Below, one piece after another: positions 35,466 through 40,229 of a stretch of 40,229 nt of DNA. Below the pieces are notes generated by a model that did no database searches, was not told the origin of the DNA, and worked only from the letters and a program-made list of their open reading frames with translations. Within the stretch, counting starts at the first letter, position 1, and the number at the start of each line of letters is the position of its first letter. The position numbers were made by a program, and so were the translations under genes. Location of the stretch: sequence record SRR22947727_323; one strand, 5' to 3'.

Positions 35466-36163
35466 ATAAAGTAAATGTGGTATGTGTAAACTGGGGAACC
35501 AAATATGGAGCCGATTACACACATAGATTATACAATATGGTTAAAAGAAATACAACTAAAAAGTTTGACTTTTATGTTTTAACAGATCAGGTAGATCTTT
35601 ACCCAAAATACAAAGTTGTAGAATTAAATACAGACGAAGTAGGTTGGTGGAATAAACTTCAAATGTTTAAAGAAGGAGTGCTACCTCATGGTGAATATTT
35701 ATACTTTGATCTTGATGTGGTTATTGTCGATAACATTGATTGTTTTTTTGATCATGAATCCTTTGCTGTCACTAGAGATTTTATCAGGCCTGACAACGGT
35801 CTTCTCCCCGGAAAAGAATATAATTCCTCTGCTATAAGATTTAATACTTCTAACAGTAAAGGCATATACCAATACTATATGCAAAATTATAAAAAATGGC
35901 ACGATTATCAAAAACAAATACATTTTTTTGGAGATCAAAATGTCATATCGAGCTATGTTAACTATTATCCTAATTTTCTCAACGTTTTTCCTGATGAGTG
36001 GCTGTGGTCATACAAAAAGGGAAGTGAACGTGGTAAACATGCTGGAGACAGGAGTAAAATGTTTGGGGCACATATTCCCACCGGAGGTAAAGTGTGTGTA
36101 TTCCACGGAAATCCCAATCCAACTGAAGTGAGTGATAAATGGATAAAGAAAAATTATTTATAA
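35456..36163 (+). CDS. GT-A glycosyltransferase
   Basis: VVCVNWGTKY...Y..RLYNMVKRN, GWWNKL..F, LYFDLDVVI, NSS, GDQ, VFHGNPNP. Confidence 0.8.
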   Translation: MAIDKVNVVCVNWGTKYGADYTHRLYNMVKRNTTKKFDFYVLTDQVDLYPKYKVVELNTDEVGWWNKLQMFKEGVLPHGEYLYFDLDVVIVDNIDCFFDHESFAVTRDFIRPDNGLLPGKEYNSSAIRFNTSNSKGIYQYYMQNYKKWHDYQKQIHFFGDQNVISSYVNYYPNFLNVFPDEWLWSYKKGSERGKHAGDRSKMFGAHIPTGGKVCVFHGNPNPTEVSDKWIKKNYL

Positions 36164-36381
36164 GAAGAACTACATCAACAGAAACTACCGAAGGTTTACA
36201 GCAATCTAATATAAATGTTTTTATATACGATTCTATCGAAATTGCTTGGACTTACTTTGCTGAAATAATGGACATTGAAGAATGGAACAAGTTATTAGAT
36301 ACAGGTGAAGGTTTTTATAAAGTAGAAGGAGAAGGATATGTCAACTACATCTTCATCGAAACCAGAAAGGTTTCAGTATAG
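36139..36381 (+). CDS. Hypothetical protein
   Basis: 80-aa ORF in a tightly packed run; no recognised motif. Confidence 0.5.
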   Translation: MDKEKLFIRRTTSTETTEGLQQSNINVFIYDSIEIAWTYFAEIMDIEEWNKLLDTGEGFYKVEGEGYVNYIFIETRKVSV

Positions 36382-36520
36382 AATATATCCAAGCCTGTAT
36401 GCTAATAATAGTTGGTACATATATAGAATTGATGTAGAAGGAAGCTACGATTTAATAGGTCCTTACATGAACGAAGACGAAGCAAAAATAGATCTTACTA
36501 ATTTAGAAAGAGGAGAATAA
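36338..36520 (+). CDS. Hypothetical protein
   Basis: 60-aa ORF preceded by GAAGGA; ends just before the next gene. Confidence 0.45.
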   Translation: MSTTSSSKPERFQYRIYPSLYANNSWYIYRIDVEGSYDLIGPYMNEDEAKIDLTNLERGE

Positions 36521-36521
36521 A

Positions 36522-37082
36522 ATGGTTGGAGTTAAAAATCCAAGTACAAGAATGAAATGTCTAAGGTGGTTATCAGATCATTATGGATGGGAAACAGGTT
36601 TAGAATTAGGTGTAAAGATTGGTGAAACTACTTTTCATCTTATGAAAAATACTAAACTACAAATGACAGTTGTAGATGCATGGGAAGTACAAAATGACAA
36701 TCCGGATTACCATTGGCAGTATAATGAAAAACCTGTATGGTCAGGAGGAGATCAATTTGTTCCTTGGGACCACAATGCTAATGAACTAAAATTTAGAGAA
36801 GGTGCTAAAGAATGGGGAGATAGAATTAAAATAATTAAAGGTAGATCTTTAAATGTTATAGATCAGATTCCAGATAATAGTATGGATTTTATATTTCACG
36901 ATTCAGACCACTCGTATCCATTTGTTAAAAATGAAATAGAATCTTACATGTGTAAACTTAAAAAAGGTGGTGTAATATGTGGAGATGATATTACATGGAA
37001 ACCTGTTAAGCAAAGTGTAGAAGAAGTTTTTGGTTCAAATTGGAATAGAATGGGTAAAAATGTTTGGTATTCAAAAACATAA
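36522..37082 (+). CDS. Class I SAM-dependent methyltransferase (Methyltransf_24-like)
   Basis: GLELGV..G, VDAW, DFIFHDSDHSY..VK, LKKGGVICGDD; AGGAG RBS. Confidence 0.85.
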   Translation: MVGVKNPSTRMKCLRWLSDHYGWETGLELGVKIGETTFHLMKNTKLQMTVVDAWEVQNDNPDYHWQYNEKPVWSGGDQFVPWDHNANELKFREGAKEWGDRIKIIKGRSLNVIDQIPDNSMDFIFHDSDHSYPFVKNEIESYMCKLKKGGVICGDDITWKPVKQSVEEVFGSNWNRMGKNVWYSKT

Positions 37083-37146
37083 ACTTAGTCTTGTGTAACT
37101 TTTATTCAATTTACTACTATAACATTTAAAACATATGGAGGACATA

Positions 37147-37392
37147 ATGACTGAATTTACATCAGGAATTTTTGAGTTAATAAAAAAAATAATAGGTGGA
37201 AGTAGCGTAAATTTAGCCCTAATATATACATTAGGACATATTGTAATAGCTATGACTGTTGTAAGCTTAATGACAGGTGCTAGTTTGTGGGAAGCAGGAT
37301 CTGTAGCTTTAGTAGAACCAGCCATTAACGGTGTGTGGTTTTATGTATTACATTCTGCCTATAAAAAAATTACTAATAAAAATATGACATAA
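37147..37392 (+). CDS. Small membrane protein, DUF2061-like
   Basis: IYTLGHIVIAM.VV..MTGA....AG.VALVEP.IN.VWFY.LH; GGAGG RBS before ATG 37147. Confidence 0.65.
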   Translation: MTEFTSGIFELIKKIIGGSSVNLALIYTLGHIVIAMTVVSLMTGASLWEAGSVALVEPAINGVWFYVLHSAYKKITNKNMT

Positions 37393-37655
37393 TGAAGTTT
37401 GTTATTGTTGCTATCGTATATCTATCTTCTGTAGAAAATAATATTCAAGTTTTGTTGAATACAGAAAACATGTACGATAGCAAACTTTCATGTGAGAGTT
37501 ATCTAGTTAACAATAACAAAAAATTAATTAAAGGTTTACAAAGTATTTTCAATAATATTAATAATATTACTATAACATGTGTAACTGAAAAAAAAGCGTT
37601 AGAGTTTAAAAAAGAAAATGCAAAAAAATTTAAAAACATTACTTATCCAAATTGA
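37392..37655 (+). CDS. Hypothetical protein with a Cys pair
   Basis: 87 aa, hydrophobic N-terminus, YDSKLSCE...ITCV; TAATG coupling. Confidence 0.5.
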   Translation: MKFVIVAIVYLSSVENNIQVLLNTENMYDSKLSCESYLVNNNKKLIKGLQSIFNNINNITITCVTEKKALEFKKENAKKFKNITYPN

Positions 37656-38379
37656 TATAAATCCAAACTATTACAAAAAATATGTTGAATCAAGAACTAC
37701 TGCCACACATAGTATTTTAAAAGAAAGAAATGAAACAGTTAAATCTAATTCAATTCTTTTTAATGGTGGAGCTGCTCAAAGATTTGGTTGGGATTATATT
37801 TGTGAAAGTATACCAGAAACTAAACATCATTCACCTTGTCTTGAAGTATTAAAAATATTTAGAGATGACAAGTATCTTGAATATGATAGAATATTATTTT
37901 TAGATACAGACACTTATTATTATCCTGATTCTCCTAACATTCTTGAATATTATCCAGATGAAGGTTTTCATGCTGTAAGCAGAATGGGTAAAATATTTGA
38001 CACTGGAAAAGAACCAGATCATTTAGCTAGAATAGGAAAATCTTATCTTGTAGAAAACTACAAACAAAATTATTTTAATACTGGTGTAATATTATTAGAT
38101 AAAAATACTATAATAAAAATGAGACCTTTTCTAACACATGATGTAATTGAAAATTTGTTAGACAAAAGAGGTCTTTGGTCAGATGATCAATCTGCTCTTA
38201 ATATAGCAGCTTATGAGTCAGGAGTTAAGTTAACTCCTATGCATGAATATTGGAATCAAATGGACAAAAGATATAAAGAAGGATATATTGTACACCTAAA
38301 AGGTAGTATAAAGAACAGAGAAAACGTTTTTGATAAAAGAGCAGAGGAGTATTTGAATGCCGTTTCCAGCAGTAATTGA
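37618..38379 (+). CDS. Glycosyltransferase family 8-like
   Basis: YDRILFLDTD, YFNTGVILL, DQSALN, WN, IVHLKG. Confidence 0.8.
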   Translation: MQKNLKTLLIQIDINPNYYKKYVESRTTATHSILKERNETVKSNSILFNGGAAQRFGWDYICESIPETKHHSPCLEVLKIFRDDKYLEYDRILFLDTDTYYYPDSPNILEYYPDEGFHAVSRMGKIFDTGKEPDHLARIGKSYLVENYKQNYFNTGVILLDKNTIIKMRPFLTHDVIENLLDKRGLWSDDQSALNIAAYESGVKLTPMHEYWNQMDKRYKEGYIVHLKGSIKNRENVFDKRAEEYLNAVSSSN

Positions 38380-38941
38380 AATTGAAAAAGATGGAAGAGA
38401 AAAAGCATATGATGTATATACTAGATTAGCAAAAGATAGAATTTTATTTCTAAACGGTGTAGTAGAAGAAAACATGGCTAATCATATTATTGCTACATTG
38501 TTGTGGTTAGAGTCACAAAATCCTAAAGCTCCTATTAATATGTATGTTAACTCACCAGGAGGAAGTGTTGTAGCTGGGATGGCTATATATGATATTATGA
38601 TGTATATACAGTCTCCTATTACTACAATAGTAACAGGGCAAGCAGCTTCAATGGGATCTCTTCTTGCATGTGCAGGAAAAAAAAGGTTAGTAACTGTTAA
38701 TAGTAGACATATGATTCATCAACCTTTAGGAGGAGCTCAGGGTCAAGCTACAGAAGTAGAAATAGCTTTTAGAGAATTACAAAGATGGAAAAAGGTTCTA
38801 ACTGACATATATGTAAAACATACTGGACATCCATATGAAAAACTAGAACAAGATATGGATAGAGATAATTTTATGACAGCTCATGAAGCTGTGAAATATA
38901 ACTTAGCAGACGAGGTAGTAAATGAACGTAAACCTGATTGA
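38357..38941 (+). CDS. clpP: ATP-dependent Clp protease proteolytic subunit
   Basis: YDVYTRL.KDRI.FL, YVNSPGG, GQAASMG (Ser), MIHQPLGG (His), DMDRDNFM (Asp). Confidence 0.95.
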   Translation: MPFPAVIEIEKDGREKAYDVYTRLAKDRILFLNGVVEENMANHIIATLLWLESQNPKAPINMYVNSPGGSVVAGMAIYDIMMYIQSPITTIVTGQAASMGSLLACAGKKRLVTVNSRHMIHQPLGGAQGQATEVEIAFRELQRWKKVLTDIYVKHTGHPYEKLEQDMDRDNFMTAHEAVKYNLADEVVNERKPD

Positions 38942-39554
38942 TAGTATGGGAAGTGATGTTTCTGTTGTTAACGCAGCAAGAGTATCTTTTGCAAAGGAAG
39001 TCAAACATTTTAGTGATAAAGATGAAGGCCTATTAAGATATTTAGCTACACACGATCATTGGACTCCTTTTTCTCAAGTTACTTATCAGGTAAGAATTAA
39101 AGCTCCTATATTTGTTGCAAGACAATGGTTTAAACATATGATAGGAATTACTAGAAACGAAACTAGTAGAAGATATGTTTCAGATACACCAGAATTTTGG
39201 TCTCCACACCAATGGAGACTAGCTGCAGATAATAAAAAACAAGGATCTTCTAATGAAATATATCCGGATACAGACATAAGTTATGCTTATCAAGAAACTA
39301 TTAGACACACAGAAGATACTTATAAATTGATGTTGGCAAAAGGTATTTGTCCTGAACAAGCTAGAGCAATATTACCTCAAGCTATGATGACTGAATGGAT
39401 TGAGACAGGATCTTTAGCAGCTGCTGCTAGAATTTATAAACTTAGAACAGAAGAACACGCACAAGTTGAAATACAAAAATTGTCTGAGTACTTTGGAGAA
39501 GAAGTAGCTAGAATAGCTCCAGTTTCGTGGAAGTATCTAATAAATAAGACATAA
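38922..39554 (+). CDS. thyX: Flavin-dependent thymidylate synthase
   Basis: VVNAARVSF, HWTPF, APIFVARQWFKH, NETSRRY, PEQARAILPQ, LR...HAQVEI. Confidence 0.95.
   Translation: MNVNLIDSMGSDVSVVNAARVSFAKEVKHFSDKDEGLLRYLATHDHWTPFSQVTYQVRIKAPIFVARQWFKHMIGITRNETSRRYVSDTPEFWSPHQWRLAADNKKQGSSNEIYPDTDISYAYQETIRHTEDTYKLMLAKGICPEQARAILPQAMMTEWIETGSLAAAARIYKLRTEEHAQVEIQKLSEYFGEEVARIAPVSWKYLINKT
39539..39546 (+). promoter_or_regulatory. Late promoter-like box upstream of the riboswitch
   Basis: AATAAATA ends 9 nt before the first aptamer helix. Confidence 0.5.
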
Positions 39555-39600
39555 TCGTTCACCCTCACGGGCGGAAGTAGGCAATCGCTGAAGGAACGCA
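39554..39600 (+). ncRNA. Glutamine riboswitch aptamer (glnA RNA motif type)
   Basis: P1 CGTTC (39556-60)/GAACG (39594-98); P2 CCC-TCAC-GGG; conserved CGGAAGTA and GAAG E-loop strands; P3 GGC-AATC-GCT. Matches the three-way-junction consensus ATCGTTCA..CGGAAGTA..GAAGGAACGC as recalled. Confidence 0.85.
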
Positions 39601-39627
39601 CCTAACTTTAAAAAGAGGAGGGTGGCA

Positions 39628-39741
39628 ATGACTTACAGACCATATCAATGGAAAAAGTTTGTTCAAGCACGTAGACGTGCCTTAGTTCATAAAATACTGA
39701 ACTATCGCATAGCTAAATGCACATGTAAACAAACTGCTTAG
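39628..39741 (+). CDS. 37-aa basic peptide downstream of the riboswitch (not in ORF track)
   Basis: MTYRPYQWKKFVQARRRALVHKILNYRIAKCTCKQTA*; strong GAGGAGG RBS; followed by a terminator. Confidence 0.75.
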   Translation: MTYRPYQWKKFVQARRRALVHKILNYRIAKCTCKQTA

Positions 39742-39760
39742 TTCGATTAAAATCTAATAG

Positions 39761-39789
39761 AAAAAAGGGTCCTTCGGGACCTTTTTTTT
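39761..39789 (+). terminator. Intrinsic terminator with C(UUCG)G tetraloop
   Basis: AAAAAAGGGTCC-TTCG-GGACC-T8. Confidence 0.92.
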
Positions 39790-39821
39790 GTTGACTTTAG
39801 TATAAAATGTGTGATTATAAT
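39790..39821 (+). promoter_or_regulatory. Putative early promoter, copy 1
   Basis: GTTGACTTTAGT-N4-AATGTGTGAT followed by TATAAT; AGGAG RBS before ATG 39848. Confidence 0.7.
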
Positions 39822-39847
39822 AGTATAATTTAATTTAGGAGAGTTTA

Positions 39848-40180
39848 ATGATTAAAGTAACTGTTATGCACAAGCACCGTGAAATCATTGATGGATTAGA
39901 TGTAGTTGCTGATGTTCACGCACCTACACACAATGTTATGGAGGCATTAGAATATGCTTATAAATGGACTCAGAACATGTCTGGTTCGTGGTCTAAGAAA
40001 ATAGGTTCTGATTCTAATGATAACGTAGAAGTTTTAGAAACTAGAAAAGATGGTTTAGGATTGAGAAGTACTATGGTAGGTGATAGAATGATGATTGATT
40101 GTTCTTTAGGTTTTAACACTGGAGCAGAATTTGAAGTAAGTAACTTTGGTTTTGAAGAAGTTAATATGGATATAAATTAA
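39848..40180 (+). CDS. Hypothetical early protein
   Basis: 110 aa with LEYAYKWTQN..GSWS and GLRST.VGD; own promoter and RBS. Confidence 0.7.
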   Translation: MIKVTVMHKHREIIDGLDVVADVHAPTHNVMEALEYAYKWTQNMSGSWSKKIGSDSNDNVEVLETRKDGLGLRSTMVGDRMMIDCSLGFNTGAEFEVSNFGFEEVNMDIN

Positions 40181-40182
40181 CT

Positions 40183-40220
40183 GTTGACTTTAGTTCTTAA
40201 TGTGTGATAATGAATATAAT
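40183..40220 (+). promoter_or_regulatory. Putative early promoter, copy 2
   Basis: GTTGACTTTAGT-N4-AATGTGTGATAAT...TATAAT, a near-identical repeat of 39790. Confidence 0.7.
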
Positions 40221-40229
40221 AAGAAATTA

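Noticed and set aside
9456-36131. Alternative-frame plus-strand ORFs (9456, 14277, 16163, 16924, 26374, 27754, 35928)
   Set aside because: Nested in or largely overlapping better-supported genes, with no recognisable motifs.
437-39277. Numerous short minus-strand ORFs in the track (e.g. 707-949, 1324-1671, 14769-15284, 16389-16595, 23818-24177, 27599-27994)
   Set aside because: They lie antisense to well-supported genes, show no recognisable motifs, and read as codon shadows (e.g. poly-Pro opposite poly-Gly).
39554-39600. GC-rich segment after thyX as a tRNA or intron fragment
   Set aside because: No cloverleaf or T-loop context, and thyX is uninterrupted; it fits the glutamine riboswitch consensus instead.
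1-40229. Stop-codon reassignment, introns, inteins or homing endonucleases
   Set aside because: Core genes are intact in the standard code, TAA, TAG and TGA all serve as stops, and no LAGLIDADG, GIY-YIG, HNH or intein motifs were recognised.

Overview
AT-rich segment of a T4-like myophage genome, probably marine; an alphaproteobacterial-type host is an inference only. Almost all genes are on the + strand in standard code. It contains: (i) the head/tail module gp18-gp19-gp20-gp13-gp67/68-like-gp21-gp22-gp23-gp3, driven by T4-type late promoters (TATAAATA); (ii) probable internal head proteins, an IscA/HesB gene, a glycine-rich fibre and phoH; (iii) uvsY-uvsW-gp55-gp47-gp46; (iv) a ~12.7 kb glycan-biosynthesis island with four KpsC/KpsS-like GT-B paralogues, several GT-A enzymes, KdsA, methyltransferases and a pyruvyltransferase-like gene; (v) clpP and thyX. 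Best leads: (1) the tripeptide Asp-Ser-Asp (DSD) is strongly enriched in known or putative external virion proteins, about 25 copies versus 2 elsewhere by manual count. With the glycan island this suggests a phage-encoded virion O-glycosylation system using a DSD sequon. (2) A glutamine (glnA-type) riboswitch, with a visible anti-SD helix, sits in its own small transcription unit upstream of an unannotated 37-aa basic peptide. (3) Modular internal-protein 'polyproteins' carry a T4-like capsid-targeting sequence and repeated gp21-type cleavage sites. All family assignments come from motif recognition by eye; no searches were run.
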